Shown here: in pieces, positions 43,050 to 59,575 of the stretch
How positions within the stretch are numbered: the first letter of the stretch is position 1
Layout of the letters: each line of letters begins with the position of its first letter
DNA from: the human T2T-CHM13v2.0 reference genome, Homo sapiens
Assembly (NCBI RefSeq): GCF_009914755.1
Contig: NC_060928.1
Length of the DNA stretch: 64,000 nucleotides
Reading direction: 5' to 3' (one strand)
Translations under genes and position numbers: made by a program
Notes under the pieces: generated by a model
Told to the model about the DNA's origin: nothing
What the model saw: the letters and a program-made list of their open reading frames with translations, nothing else
The model's database searches: none

Positions 43050-43265
43050 CTAACAGTATCTAACATTTATTGTGTGGTTCTTTAGGCTCTGCACTGAATA
43101 TACATTACCTAATCTAATTCTCACCACAACCCTTTCAGATGGGTATAATCCTATTCCCTGTTTATATTTTAGTAAGTGACTGGAGATCACCCAATTTAGT
43201 TAAGTGGTAGAATTGGGGTTCAAATTTGGTTTTAACTGTAGAGCTTGAATTCTTAACCAGTGTGC
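43050..43265 (-). mobile_element. MIR
   Basis: CTAACATTTATTG..TAATTCTCACCACAACCCT..GGGTTCAAAT..TCTTAACCA. Confidence 0.65.
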
Positions 43266-44975
43266 TATACTAAAAGCAAACTCTGAAAAACACATCTCAT
43301 CCAATTTCTTGACAGGATATTTCTGTTCCCAGTGATTTATTCTATTAGTAGGTCCAAGTAGCTGAGCCTTTGGGCAACTCCCAGGACTTTCTGCAGTGGC
43401 CTCCTGTGACCCCTGCACTGTCTAGTGGAACCAGGGTATGTGTTCTGTGTTCCACTGAAAAATCACAAGGGATAACCTACCACTCTCAGCTTGCTCTTTG
43501 AACGCTTTAACCCAGATTTTTCGAAGTCTCTACTTTTACCTGGTTCTTGCTTTTTACTGCAATTTCCAAGGGATCCCTGCCTCAGGCCTTTTTTCCACCC
43601 AGGGGAGAGAAGATGTGCTATCATATGATTTTATTAGACAAGAGAAATAGGCCCAACATGTACTGTAGCATTAAGATAGCAGGTTGCAGTGGCTTTTTCG
43701 GTGGTGAAACATTTCCAGAAATAAGAAAATAAGTCCCATCACCAGGTCTCTAGCTGTGTTTCTTCACACTGGCACCAGACAGAAGCTCTAGAAAATGTAA
43801 CATATAATGTGCCATCCCCCAATGAGGCCTCATTGGCAGAAACACCAACAAAAGTCACACAACTCTGTTATGATAATGTCAAGCATCTCTCATCAGTATG
43901 CCAGCTCCAGGGCCTCAGTCAACAGATGTGAATGGGAGGATAGTGGTAATTCTCTCAATTGTTCACTCTGGGGACATTTTCATTCAGATGCTTATGTGTG
44001 TTTCACTTGATCCTTCTTACAACCTCAGTGGGAGGCTGGGTCAGATCGGGGACAGTTTCCCAAGTCAATAACGACTTCCTAGAAGGAAATCTAGGGATTT
44101 TTCTCTCTTAGCCACAGATTCACAAACATACCCATTCTTTAGTTGTCTGTAATGCCATTAACAGCAATTATTTCAATCTATGTATATAGCATTACATGTT
44201 TGCATATAGATATATTTGCTTTATGTGCACCTTTGTAAGAACACACCTCTTGCTTACAAGAGTCAAACTGTGTCTTTGTTTTAGTGTCCTAATTGAAAAA
44301 CATACACGTAGACCAAAAGAGGTGAACACAGATTCTCAGAGAAGGGGTGGAAAAAGGGAGTGAGTGTGTGGAGGGAGTCCTTTTCAGAATCACCTGGGGA
44401 TTTATTCAAAGTGCCTTTCCCTTGCTGCCCTGACCACCCCACTGCACCCCAGAAGGAATCATTACAATTGAGGGCATGCTGAATCCCTCAGATGCATTGG
44501 AGTGGAAAAATTCTTCAGTTACTAAAATATAAAATATTTTCAATGAAACTATGATAACTAGGTGCCTGGGAATGGATTACTTTTGTAGCAGGTATGATTC
44601 TCAGTCTACAAATTAAGGTATGCAAGCAATACTAAATCTCTTTATTTTCTAGAAATCAATTAAATTTGACTAATCTCTCCAGGCTCATGAGAAAATATAA
44701 TCTGAGTCATTGTCGGAGCCTCCCCTCCCTTCTCAAGGTCATGTCAGTGCCCAGCATATTCTGCAGTGTGAAGGTGTCTATGGAGACTCGTTGTTTTCGT
44801 CTGTTCCACAGGTTTCCACGAACACTTCCGTTGTCCATGATCTTAAGGGCTTTTCAGGACTGCTGACATTTTGATGCTTCCAAGCCACACCTAAGACAGG
44901 GGACTCTCTTGTAAGATGGCTTAGGGGTGTTGTTTGCCTAGATACTGCATGCAGCTCTTTCTCTATGGGTTCTTG

Positions 44976-46729
<1,754 letters not shown>

Positions 46730-46862
46730 TAGGAAGCCTTCTATTCCTCCAGTTATCCTTTTTGTTTCTTCTAACAAGGCTCCCATTTTTTTCTTCTTTA
46801 TTGTAAACGCTCTAAGTTCTACTGTGAGCTCAGGCTTCTGGAAACAAAACCCAGAACTTCTC

Positions 46863-47218
<356 letters not shown>

Positions 47219-47746
47219 TGAAACACAGCCAGCTCCAAGTTTGAGTGAGAGAAACATACAGAAAAGAAAAAAAAATACAATTTAGTGACCCCAAATTTCA
47301 TTTTTTTCTCATTTTTATACCATCTTTACTAGTGATTCTCAGTTCTAATTTCCAAATATACACAGAAAGATGGTTTGGGGCTGTTGCAAAAATTCTCTAA
47401 AACTTTCAAGATCAAGTTAATGCTGGAGAAATTTAAAATTCTAAAATAAATAATGGTTCTTGTTAAAGCTCGGAGATTTAAGAGGTTAGAAAAGTACTTC
47501 TCCCATTCTAACAATGAGAAAAAAAAAACTAAACTACAAAATTAACAACTTTTTTGAACCTATGAGAGAACTTATGTTATAGGCAAATAACTTTCTTAAA
47601 ACCAAGAGAAAGACAAGGGCCTGCAGGGAGAAACAGTATTCAAGCATACACTTACCTAGAACAGATACTGCCAAATGCATAAAAAACTGGTAAGAAGCTT
47701 ATGCTAGAAATGTTTAAAGAATTGCTAAAGGCCAAGTGTGAGCTAG

Positions 47747-48287
47747 TATCAGAGGCATTTGAACCGGAGCAACTCCAAGGGGCTGGGTAAAATAAGGCTG
47801 AGACCTACTGGGCTGTGTTCCCAGATGGTTAGGCATTCTAAGTCACAGGATGAGATAGGAGGTCTGCACAAGATACGGATCATAAAGACTTTGCTGATAA
47901 AACAGATTGCAGTAAAGAAGCCGGCTAAAACCCACCAAAACCAAGATGGCCACGAAGAGTAACCTCTGGTTGTCCTCACTGACACACTTTCACCAGCACC
48001 ATGACAGTTTACAAATGCCATGACAACCTCAGGAAGTTACCCTATATTGTCTAAAAAGGGGAGGCATGAATAACCCACCTCTTGTTTAGCATATCATCAA
48101 GAACCATAAAAATGGGCAACCAGCAGCCCTCGGGGCTGCTCTGTCTATGGAGTAGCCATTCTTTTATGCCTCTACTTTCTTAATAAACTGCTTTCACTTT
48201 ACTGTATGGACTCGCCCTAAATTCTTTCTTGCACAAGATCCAAGAACCCTTTCTCAGGGTGTGGATCAGGACCAGTTTCCGGTAACA
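47747..48287 (+). mobile_element. MER41A solo LTR
   Basis: TCAGAGGCATTTGAACC..CAAGATCCAAGAACCC..TTTCCGGTAACA; 4-bp TSD CTAG; lacks the MER41B GAS-bearing segment. Confidence 0.88.
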
Positions 48288-49572
48288 CTAGCATGAGAGT
48301 GTGAAGTCCCAGGGGCTGCAGACACAGAGGGTTCACACTGTCTTACAGTTTTTCCCTCCAAGAACAATAGGAGCTCACAGGGTAGATCAAGGAGAAGCCT
48401 CAGAAAATGTCCTCCAAGATGCTGGCTGGAGAAGGGGAATAGCAGCCACTGCCCAAACACCACCCTGATACATTCCCTTCATCTTCCCTACCCAACAAAG
48501 CTTTAATCTGCAAAGGGAAGTTGGTCAAAACTGTACCACTGGAAACTGACTGCAGCTAGGAGAGGAGAATACGAGGGAAAAGAAGCTTCACTTTGGGGGC
48601 AGGGCAGGAATATTTGCTAGGCCAGCACTACAGCTGGAAAAGTTGCAGGAGCCACTGAGACCCAGGTTTTCAGTTTCTGCTAAGACTGATGCTTCGTAAG
48701 AATATAAGAGGTCGCCCCTCTCCCTCTCTCTGCCACCATGCTAACAAGAGTTGCATCAGAATATAGTTTGGAGAACTACTTACAGACTCTCTCCGGAGGA
48801 TAGTGCAAAGGGGAGACTCAAAACCAAGAGAAGAGACAGAAACAATATATCACTAGGGGAGTTTAAAGCTTCTGGACCCCTGAGGGTAACCATAGCAATA
48901 ACAAACTTCCAGTCCAACTCTGGACTAAATTAACACAAATTCCCACATTAAAAGTCTAGCAGAAGGAAAGGCATGCTCAGTTCCAAGCATAAAAATATTT
49001 ACATAGTATCTACTGCCCTGTATAACATATTTACCATTCATCAAAAAATCCCATGGTACACAAAAAGGCAAGAAAAAACACAGTATGGAAAACTGTGTTT
49101 CCCAAAGTAATCAACAGAACCAGCCTCATAAACATGTTGGATTTATCAGACAGGGAATTTTAAATAACTATGACAAATATGTTAAAGACTAATGGAAAAG
49201 GTGGACAACATGCAAGATCAGATAGATAAGTTCAACAGAGAGATAGAAACAACAAGAAAGAATCAACTAAAAATGCTAGACATCAAAAACACAGTAGAAG
49301 ATATGAAGACTGTCTTTCATGGGCTTACCAGTAGACTTGATATAGTCAAGGAAATAATTAATGAAGTGGAATATAGGTCAATAAAATTTACTCAAACTGA
49401 AACAGAAGGAGAACAGAGTGGAAAAAAATAGGACAAAATCTCCAAGAGCTATGGGACAATATTAGACAGTCTAACATATACATAATTTGAAATCCCAGAA
49501 TGAGAAGAAAGAATGGGTAGAAGAAATGTTTAAGAAATAATTGCTGGCAATTTTCTAATTACTGACAGACAT

Positions 49573-50710
49573 TCTTATGTTCTGAATGTATCCCCCTCAG
49601 ATTCATGTGTTAAAAACTCAATCCCTAATGCAACAATGTCTTAGAGATGGGTCTTAATGGGAGGTGTTTAGATTATGAGGGCTCTGCCCTTGTGAAAGGA
49701 TAAATGCTGCTATAAAAAGGGCTTGCAGGAGTAGGTTTGCTCCCTTCCACCTCCTGCCATGTGAGGATGCAGCAAGGAGCTCTAGCTAGCATCTGGCTCA
49801 CCAGATGCTAGCACCTTGATCTTGGACTTGCCAACCTCTAGAACTGTGAGAAATAAATGTCTGTTTCTTTAAAATAAATTGTCTAGTCTGTGGTATTTTG
49901 TTATAGTAGTCTAAAACAGACTATGACAGAAATTGGTACGAGAGGAGTGAGGTGTTGCTGTAATAAATACCTACAAATGTGGAAGCAACTTTGTAACTGG
50001 GTGATGGGTAGAGGCTGAAACAGTTTTGGAGTGAATGCTGGAAAAAGCCTATATTGCCGTGAGAATACATTAAGAGCATTGAGGGTGATTCTGGTGAGAG
50101 CTCTGAAGAAGAACAGAGGTGTAGGAAAAGCCCCAGTCTTCTTAGAGATTACTCAAGTGGTCATGAACGGAATGCTGGTAGAAGTATGGACAGTGAAGGA
50201 CATTCTGATGAGGTTGTAGATGAAAATGAGGAACAAACATTGGAAACTGGAGGAAAGGCCACCCATGTTACAAAGTAGCAAAGAACTTAGCTGAATTATG
50301 TTCATGTCCTAGGATTTTATGGAAAAGGCAGAACTTAAATGTGATGAACTAGGATATTTGGCAGAAGAAATCTCGAAGCTGAGAAGTATTTTAGGATGCT
50401 AAGTGGCTTCTCTTAATTGCTTATAGTAAAATGTGAGAAGAGAGAAACAATTTAAAGATGGAATTTACAATTAAAGGAAAAGCAGAACATAAACATTCAG
50501 AAAATCTCAGTCTGCCACGTAAAGAATAAGAAAACATGTTTAGGAAAGAAAATCATGGGTGTGGCCAAGTGACCATTTGATAAGGAAATTAGTAGGGATA
50601 GAAGGAATCCAGGTGCTATTCATCAAGACAACAAGAGAATGGCCCCGAAGGCATTTTGGAGATCTTTAGAGGCCGCCATGCCCACCACAGGCCCAGAGTG
50701 CTAGGCCTAG
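49573..50710 (+). mobile_element. MST/MLT1-type MaLR LTR plus truncated internal sequence
   Basis: LTR ~49573-49928 ending ACAGACTATGACA, then AATTGGTAC..GAGTGAGGTGTTGCT..AATGTGGAAGCAACTTTG MaLR-int; no 3' LTR. Confidence 0.8.
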
Positions 50711-50815
50711 AAATATCATCAGAGTGACCAGATGAAAGGAAATAATATAGAACATAAATAAATGAAATTGAAAATAGGAAAACAATACATAAAATCAATG
50801 AAACCAAAAGCTGAT

Positions 50816-51210
50816 TGATATAGTTTGGATGTTTGTCCCCTTCAAATCTCATGTTAAAATGTGATTCCCAGTGTTGAAGGTGGGGCTTGGTGGGAGGTGG
50901 TTGGGTCATAGGGGCAGATACCTCATGAATAGCTTGGTGCCCTCCCCACAGTAATGAGTTCACATGAGATCTTGTTGTTTAGAAAGGAGCCTGGCATTTC
51001 CTCCTCCCTCTCTTTTTTGCTCCTGCTCTAAGTGACATGTGTGCTCCACCTTCACCTTCCACCATGAGTAAAAACTTCCTCACCAGAAGCCAAGCAGATG
51101 CTGGTGCCATGCTTGTACAGCCTGCAGAATAGTGAGCCAAATAATCTCTTTTCTTTAGAAATTACCCAGCCTCATGTATTCCTTTATAGCAATTCAAATG
51201 GACTAATACA
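50816..51210 (+). mobile_element. MSTB-like solo LTR
   Basis: TGATATAGTTTGGATGTTTGTCCCC..GGACTAATACA; perfect 5-bp TSD CTGAT. Confidence 0.88.
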
Positions 51211-54200
51211 CTGATTCTTAGATAAAGTCATAAATTTGATAAGTCACTGGTTAAGCTGGCCAAGAAAAAGAGAGTGAAGACACAATTTCTCAACATCAGG
51301 AATGCAACAAAGGACATCACTACTGATCTCACAGACATTAAAAATATAAGAGAATAGTACAGACAACACTATATCCATAAGTTCAACAATTTAGATAAAA
51401 TGAAACAATTATTTTAAAGAGCCAAACTACCACAACTCACTTAAGAAAGATACCTAACCTGAATACTCCAATATTTATTAAGAAATTGAAACTATAGTTT
51501 TGAAACTTCTAAAAAGGAAACTCCTAGCCTAGATGGTTTCGCTGATAAAATCTACAAAACACTTAAGCAAGAAATAATCCCAATTCTACATAATATCTTC
51601 CAGAATATAGAACATTTATGAATTCATCTGGTGAGGTAAGCATTACCCTAAGACTCAAACCAGCTTGCACATTGCAAGAAAAGAAAACTATAGCCCAAGA
51701 TACGTCATGAAAATAAATGCAAAAAATGCTCAACAAAATATTAGCAAATCAAACATTGCAATATATTAAAAGAATAGTATATAACCAATTGGGGTTTATA
51801 GCAGATCCCAGGAAAGAAAATCAGGCTTACATTTAAAAAATCAATCAATGTAATTCATTATATTATATACATTCATCTCAATAGAAACAAAAACAAAATC
51901 AATGAAATTCAACATCCATTCATGACAAAAGTCTCAGAAAACTAGGAATAGAAGAGAACTTCTTTAACTTTATATAGGAAAGCTATGAAATACCTACAAC
52001 TAGCATCATACTTAAGAGTAAAATACTGAATGTTTTACCCTCCAAAACTGGGAATAAAGCGAGGATGTCCTCTCTGACTATCCCCAATCAACACCAGACT
52101 GGAAGTCATAGCCAGTGAAATAAGCCAAGAAAAACAAATAAATAGCATACAGCTTTGAAAGGAAAAAGATAAGCCTGTCTTTAATTGAAGATGACATGGT
52201 TATCAATGTAGACAATTCCAAAAATATACAAAACACTCCGAGAACTCATAAGTACATTTAAAAAGGTCAATATACAAAAACCAATCATATTCCTATATTC
52301 CAGAAATGAATAGTTGTCATTTGATATTAAGAAACAAGATCATTTACAATTGCACTGAAAAAGTTAAGTACTTAGGTATAAGTCTATTAAAACATGTGCA
52401 TGGTCTATATGTTGAAAATGACACTGATGAAAGGTATTAAAGAAAAATCTAAACACATTGACAGATACACTGTGTTCATGATTTGGAAGCATTAATATTA
52501 TTAAGAGGCCAGTTCTCCCCAGTTTGATCTGTAGATTCCATGAAATCCCAATCAAAATCCAGTAAGCTTTTTATAGATGATGACAAGCTAATTTTTAAAC
52601 TTATATAGAAAGGCAAAGGACCTAGAATAGCCAAAGCAATGCTGAAAAAGAAAAAAAAAAGTTGGAGGATTCATGCTAGGATTTCAAGACTTATTCAAAA
52701 CCTATACTAATCAAGACAGTATTGAATAAGCTAAAGGACAGACACATGGAGCAATGGAACAGAAAAGAGAATTCATAAATAGATCTACAGAAATATTGTC
52801 AGCTGATTTTTAACAAAGGTGCCAAGACAATGCAATGGACATAGGATAGTTTTTCAGAAAATGATGCCAGAATAGTCCATTTGCAAAAAATGAATCTCCC
52901 TGTACCTTAAACAAAAATTAACTAAAAATGGATAATAAACCTAAATGCAAAACATAAAACTATAAAATGTCTAAAAGAAAACATAGAAAATTTGTGTGAT
53001 CTTGGGTTTGGCAATGGGTTGTTAGATACAACAATAAAAGCACAATCCATAAAAGAAAAAAACTGATAAATTTGACTTTATCAAAATTTAAATCTTTGCT
53101 TTGCCAAAGATGCAGTTGAGAAAATAAAAAGACTGGCACAGAGGCAAGGCACAGACTGGGGAAAAAATTGCAAATCACATATCTGACAAAGACTCGTTTC
53201 CAGAGTGTATATATAATATGTCTCTCTCTATATAATGACATGTTAAAACTCAGTAATAAGAAACAACCCAATCTTACAAACGGGCAAAATACCTGAACAG
53301 ATATTTCTTTAAGAAGATATCAATAGCAAATAAATATAAAAGAGGTGTTCAGCATCATTTGTTATCAGAAAAATGTAAATGAAAACCATAATGTGATAGC
53401 ACTACATACCTATCAGAATTTCTGGAATAGAGAAAAACGTGGCAGTATGGTGAGATGCAAAGCAACAGGAACTCTCATTCATTGCTGTTGAGCATACTAA
53501 ATAGCACAACCAGGTTGGAGGACAATTTGGAAATTTCTTATAAAGTTAAACATATACTTACCACATGATCCAGAAATCCCAATCCAAGGCATTTATCCAA
53601 ATGAGTTGAAAACTAATGTTCATACAAAAATTCATATAAAAATGTGTATAACAACTTTATTCACAGTCATTCCAAACGAGAAACAGCTGCAATGTCCTTC
53701 AGTAGGTAATGGAATAAGGAACTGTGATATATCCGTACAGTAGGCTATTGCTCAACAATAAAAATGAATGCATTATCGATTTACACAACAACACGGATCT
53801 TAAATGCATTCTGTAAGTGAAACAAGCCAGACCCAAAAGGCTACATATTATATGATTTCATTTTTATGACATCGTGTAAAAGGCACAACTATAGGGATAG
53901 AAAACAGGTCAGTGGTTCAGTGGTTAGCAGGGTTGAGGGAAACGGGAGAGGTTTTCTACAAAGGGACTGGATGAGAAGTAATTTTTAGCATGATGAAACG
54001 GTTCTATACATTACTTGGGCAGGTGGATACATGGCTCTATGCATTTTCAAACCCCATAGAACAGTAGTCTACAAAGAGTGAACTTTACTGTATGCAAATT
54101 GAAAAAAAAATCAACGAGGATGTTTAGGGGGAGATCCCAATAGGCAACACAGAAAAAAGTTATTTGCTGAGCAGCAACTTTTAAAGGTGCCAGAGAGTTA

Positions 54201-55277
54201 AAACAAAAGAAAACAAAACAAAAAAACAAAACAGCAATAAATATAGTGGCATGACTTCAAAAAAGTTCATTTATAATTTCTTCACTTGTGTCCACTGTGG
54301 TGAATTCTGTCAATGTGAGCTCCTGAAAAGCAAGGCCTGTGTTTGTCTCCCTCTGTAGGCCCACGCTTTACAGTACAGCATTTCTCAAATGAGTTATAGG
54401 CAGACCCCCCCCCCTACACTGTTAGGGAGAAAACAAACCTCCCGTGGACTTCTAATGCTAAAGTCTTTTATTATCTTGTTTTAAACATATGTTTAAACAT
54501 ACAAATATATAAATGCTTGTGTTTACAATTCTTATACACCTAGGAGACCATAACAAAATTATGAATTAGACACAAAGAACTGGAGCCCCAGTAAAGCTCA
54601 ATCTGATAACATTCATTGGTGAAACTCAATCACTGCTCACAATGTGACTCTGCTCCTGAGGCCTGTGGTCTAGTCTTGGAAGTGGGCAGCCATGATAAAT
54701 GTTGGAACTCAAATGTTTCCACCTTTATTCTCTCTTCTAATGATTACACAAACATCATTTTCACAGCAAACCTTGATGTTGTATAGGATGGCTTGAAGAA
54801 GTTGAAAATCACTTCCTACATCAGCACCATCAAAACTACTACTAGACCTTGTTATGATTTTCCTGTTCCCACCTGCATCTAACCTGTGATAAACAAAATT
54901 TAGTTTATGTTAAATTTGGCCCTTGTCCTCTAAGGAGTGTTAAGTGTGAAGCCATCACAGTGTTGCTGATGAACAGAATTTACCTCTGTTCGAAGAGCGA
55001 GGACTCTGTGATTATGTGGGAAGGCTCTGCTGTCTTTGTCTTCAGTCTTTGCCTGCTTTAGCAAATTCTGATAGGAGGAAGATGCAAACACCACTCTCAG
55101 GTGGGATTTCAAAATCCTGCACCATCAAACTGATCTGTTTTGAACTATATGGAGCTCTCTAAGGTTACAATAATTCTTTCTACTGTGCTTTCAATACTGA
55201 AAAAAAAAATCACTTATTAGTGGACAATTCAACAAGCAATTTAAATAGAAATTATTTTTAAAAACATGCTTGACACA

Positions 55278-55395
55278 TAGCCAGACATAGTGGCACATGG
55301 CTGTAGTCCTAGCTACTTGGGAGGCTGGGGCTTGATCCCAGGAGGTAAAGGGCAGCTTGGATAACATAGCGAGACCCTGTTTCAAACAAAACAAA
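55278..55395 (+). mobile_element. Alu monomer (FLAM-like)
   Basis: AGCCAGACATAGTGGCAC..GGAGGCTG..AACATAGCGAGACCCTGTTTC; ATGCTTGACA on both sides. Confidence 0.8.
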
Positions 55396-56691
55396 TGTTT
55401 TGTTTGAAATGCTTGACAACTAATTATGTTGATTACCTATGATTTGGAGAAATCCATGCTATAACAATGAATAGTCAAGCGTTCACTCTGGAGTAATCCA
55501 ACACTTTGCTGTATTCCATATGAAAATAAAACATGCCTTTGAATTTTTACAAGGATGCAGCCAGCTTTTGTTTGAATCTGTGAAATGGCAAGTTTGGGGC
55601 TGGACTAGGACTGTATCAGGGAAAGAAGCTGTTTGGCATGTTTTTTTTTTCTGTAGTGTTGAGCATTGCTGCTTGTTGGGCAGCTCAAAGGACAAGATAT
55701 TCAAAGATCTCCCTGCCAGCAGGTGCCTCCAACGCCACACTTGAGAAGTGGATATGCGTGAGCCAAGTCCTGGCAGCCACACTCACCAGCCACGTAGTCC
55801 TTGGGGACATCACCAGACTCCTCGTGCTTCTGCTTCCTCACCAGTAATGAGTTTTAAATGGGAAGATGCAGGGAACATGCTGAGAAGAAAGCTTAGCACA
55901 CAGGACATGCTCTATCATGTTAGCTCTTCTTACTGACACACTTAACACATTGGATTACAGTCACCCATCTCCTATTTTTGCTTTAAACCTAACTGGTCTA
56001 TCAGTTCTTGAGGAGCAGGGACCACAACTTATTCCTCTCTGAATCCACAGTCCTGAGCATACAACACTCAGTGTTTTGAACTGAAGAAAGGGAATAGAAT
56101 TGGAAAATTGTTCAAAAAAGAGCAAATTGATGAACACAACCAAGCAAGGGACAAAAATGAGTAATTTTCACCTCAGAGTGTAGGATAATAATTTCTGTGT
56201 GCCACCTTCGAGTCGACCTCTGTGCCCAACATTTTTTCACCTCAATGCATTTAACAAATTATTCCTCACAGTTCATTTGGGTACACTACTGGCTGCAATC
56301 CTGTAATTACAAGTTGTTTTTTCTGCTTCAAAATTGACCTGAATGCTAATAAGCAAAACCAACTAAAAAAATTCTTACCCTGAAGTTCTGGAAATGGTTT
56401 TGATCTGGGTGTTGGATACATATTACGTATCTGTACTCTTATAATTTGCACACTTTATTGTATGTATGTTATACCCAGTTAAACATTTTTTAAAGCCTTT
56501 TGCCTATCAAGAGTGATTCCATCTGACACATGTCTACAAGACTGTCACTGCCACCCTGGCTATCCCTTCCTTGGCATCTCCCAACCTACTGCTCCCAAAA
56601 ATGTCCTGTATCTACTTAGCTTATAATCACAGGAAATCTGTATGCACTTTGAACAGCAAAGCCCTCAAGGCTTCAAAAAGTTGAAGCTTTT

Positions 56692-58210
56692 GCAGAACCA
56701 GAAAAAACAATCCTAAAATTCATATGGAACCAAAAAGAGCCCACATAGCCAAAGCAAGACTAAGCAAAAACAACAAATCTGAAGGCATCACATTACCCAA
56801 CTTCAAACTATACTATAAGGCCACAGTCACCAAAACAGCATCGTATTGGTATAAAAATACGCACATAGACCAGAGGAACAGAATAGAGAACCCAGAAATA
56901 AACCCAAATACTTACAGCCAGCTGATCTTTGACAAAGCAAGCAAAAACATAAATTGGGAAAAGGACACCCTATTCAACAAATCGTGCTGGGATAATTGGC
57001 AGGCCACATGTCGGAGAATGAAACTGGATCCTTGTCTCTCACCTTATACAAAAATCGACTCAAGGTGGCTCAAAGACTTAAATCTAAGACCTGAAACCAT
57101 AAAGATTCTAGATGATAACATTGGAAAAACCCTATTAGACATTTGCTTAGGCAAAGACTTCATGACCAAGAACCCAAAAGCAAATGCAACAAAAACAAAA
57201 ACAAATAGATGGAACTTAATTAAACTAAAAAGCTTCTGCATAGCTAAAGAAATAAGCAGAAGAGTTAACAGACAATCCTTAGAGTGGGAGAAAATATTCG
57301 CAAAAATACATCTGACAAAGGACTAATATCCAGAATTGACAAATAACTCAAACAAATCAGCAAGAAAAAAACAAACAATCCCATCAAAAAGTGGGCTAAG
57401 GACATGAATAGACTATTCTCAAAAGAAGATATACAAATGGCCAACAAGCATATGGAAAAATGCTCAATATCACTAATTATCAGGGAAATGGAAATCAAAA
57501 CCGCAATGCAATACCACCTCGCTCCTGCAAGTATGGCCGTAATCAAAAAATAAAAAAATAATAGATGCTGGCATGGATGTGGTGAAAAGGAAAACTTTTA
57601 CACTGCTGGGAACTGGGAATGTAAACTAGTACAGCCACTGTGGAAAACAGTGTGGAGTTTCCTTAAAGAGCTAAAAGTAGATCTACCATTTGATCCAGCA
57701 ATCCCACTACTACGTATCTACCCAGAGGAAAAGAAGTCATTATACAAAGATAATACTTGCACACGCATGTTTATAGCAGCACAATTTGCAATTGCAAAAA
57801 TATGAAACCAGCCCAAATGCCCATCAGTCAATGAGTGGCTAAAGAAAGTGTGGTATATGTATATATATACCATTTACTCAGTCATAAAAAGAAATAATGG
57901 CATTTGCAGCAACCTGTATGGAATTGGAGAATATTATTCTAAGTGAAGTAACTCAGGAGTGGAAAAACAAACATCCTATGTTCTCACTCATATGTGGGAG
58001 CTAAGCTATGAAGATACAAATCTTCATATGATATGTTGGACTTTGCGGACTTGGGAGAAAGACTACACATTGGGTACAGTGTACACGGCTGGGGTGCTGG
58101 GTGCACCAAAATCTCAGAAATCACCACTAAATAACTTTTCATGTAACCAAACACCACTTGTTCCCCCAAAGACCTACTGAAATAAAAAAATTAAAAATTA
58201 AAAAACAAAA
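56692..58210 (+). mobile_element. L1PB-like 3' fragment (ORF2 C-terminus plus 3'UTR)
   Basis: 200-aa ORF2-like ORF 56724-57326; L1PB-type 3'UTR GGGTACAGTGTACAC..CACCAAAATCTCAGAAATCACCACTAAA; TSD-like TGAAGCTTTT on both sides. Confidence 0.9.
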
Positions 58211-59575
58211 AATGCTGAAGCTTTTTGTTAAAGAGCACTTAAAATTAAGGTTCCCATAATTTATCCACCAGAGGGAGCCAACAAAGCCACAATAATAGGA
58301 ACATACTGACCTTAGTGAGCTACAAATCAAGATTTTCAGACAAGGGCTGCAGAGTTGAGACATAAGCAAGTATCAATTGCTTGGTTCAAGGAAGGCATGT
58401 GAAAATTTATTGAAGTCAGATTTAATTCATGGCTTTGTTTTCTCAATAGTAGACATGTTTTAATAGTAAGAGTCAAATGACTTTGAAAGTTTTAACACTA
58501 ATAAATGCCTTGTGAGGATATGGACATGAAAGTAAGAATAGCTCACCTTTAAAAAACACTTTACAGATTCTGAATAATTTTCAGTTAGAGAGTTGAGTGC
58601 TGGCAGTTCTCTTCATTAATACAAGAATTTAATAGATAAATACAGTTTGTGCCCATTGGGATGAAAAAAACAGTTTTTATTGCATCAATGCAGCGTACGG
58701 CTGGTATATATGCAAATTAGGAAAAGGCATACCTGGGAGGTTTAGGGCATGGTTTGGTGAGCAGAGCATGGGATGGATTTCAGACCCCACTTTCCCTTAT
58801 TAGGCAGCTCTGTGCAAGGCTAACATCCATATGTGGCAGCCCTCAAGTCTGGGCAATGGTGGCTCCAAGGGGATGCTTGGAAGAGTTTTTAATCTTTCCT
58901 TTCTCCAATTCTTTGATAAGGACAATAGCATTTTCTTAATCTAATATAAAATGCATTTCCAAGACTAGTTGCCCACCTCTCTTCTGCCAATCAGAATGTT
59001 GACCCAGGTTCTTCCTGTAGAAAAATTCTGGATTCACCACTGAACTATGAAAATAAACATTTTCCATCCTGTTCTCCTCTGCTTCCAATCCACCCTGCTG
59101 GAAAAGAGTTGCCCATAGTTCCCAAGTGGCCTTTTTCTTTATAGTTTTCATTTCCTGATCACTCCCCACTTCCTTATTTTGTAGCCACTATCTATCTTCA
59201 TCAGATTTTCTCGCTGGTTAGAAACTGAAACCAGACATCCATTTAAACATCTTACATGGGATCATCCCTCAGTCCTTACCTTATTTGATCTGACCACTTA
59301 ACACTGTTGATCACTCTGTCCTTTGGAGATAATTTCCCCATTTGGCTTCTAGAACATGAGTCTTTTGCTTCTTCCCCTTCCAAATTGGCTGCTGCTTCTC
59401 AGTCTCCTGGTTTGATTCCTCCTTATCTTCCTGATTTCTAAGTGTGGACAGCTACAAGGCATCTGTCCTGTGGCTTTACACACCTTCACAGCTCTCAAGT
59501 TTATATCTCCCCTAGCTTCTATCCTAAACTCCAGACTCATCTTCACCTGCTCACTGAACATTTCCATTTGGATTT

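Larger units (their letters stand above)
47500..54140 (+). mobile_element. Old fragmented L1M (L1MC/L1MD-like), hosting several LTR insertions
   Basis: ORF1 coiled-coil remnant MEKVDNMQDQ.. (49192-49431); decayed ORF2 ~50740-53800; 3' end AAACCCCATAGAAC..AAAGAGTGAACTTT. Confidence 0.8.

Noticed and set aside
47747-48287. MER41 as an interferon/STAT1-inducible enhancer
   Set aside because: The sequence runs AAAAAGGGGAGG directly into CATGAATAA, lacking the tandem GAS segment of MER41B; it is MER41A-type
56724-57326. 200-aa ORF
   Set aside because: Fragment of L1 ORF2 in a 5'-truncated old element, frameshifted downstream
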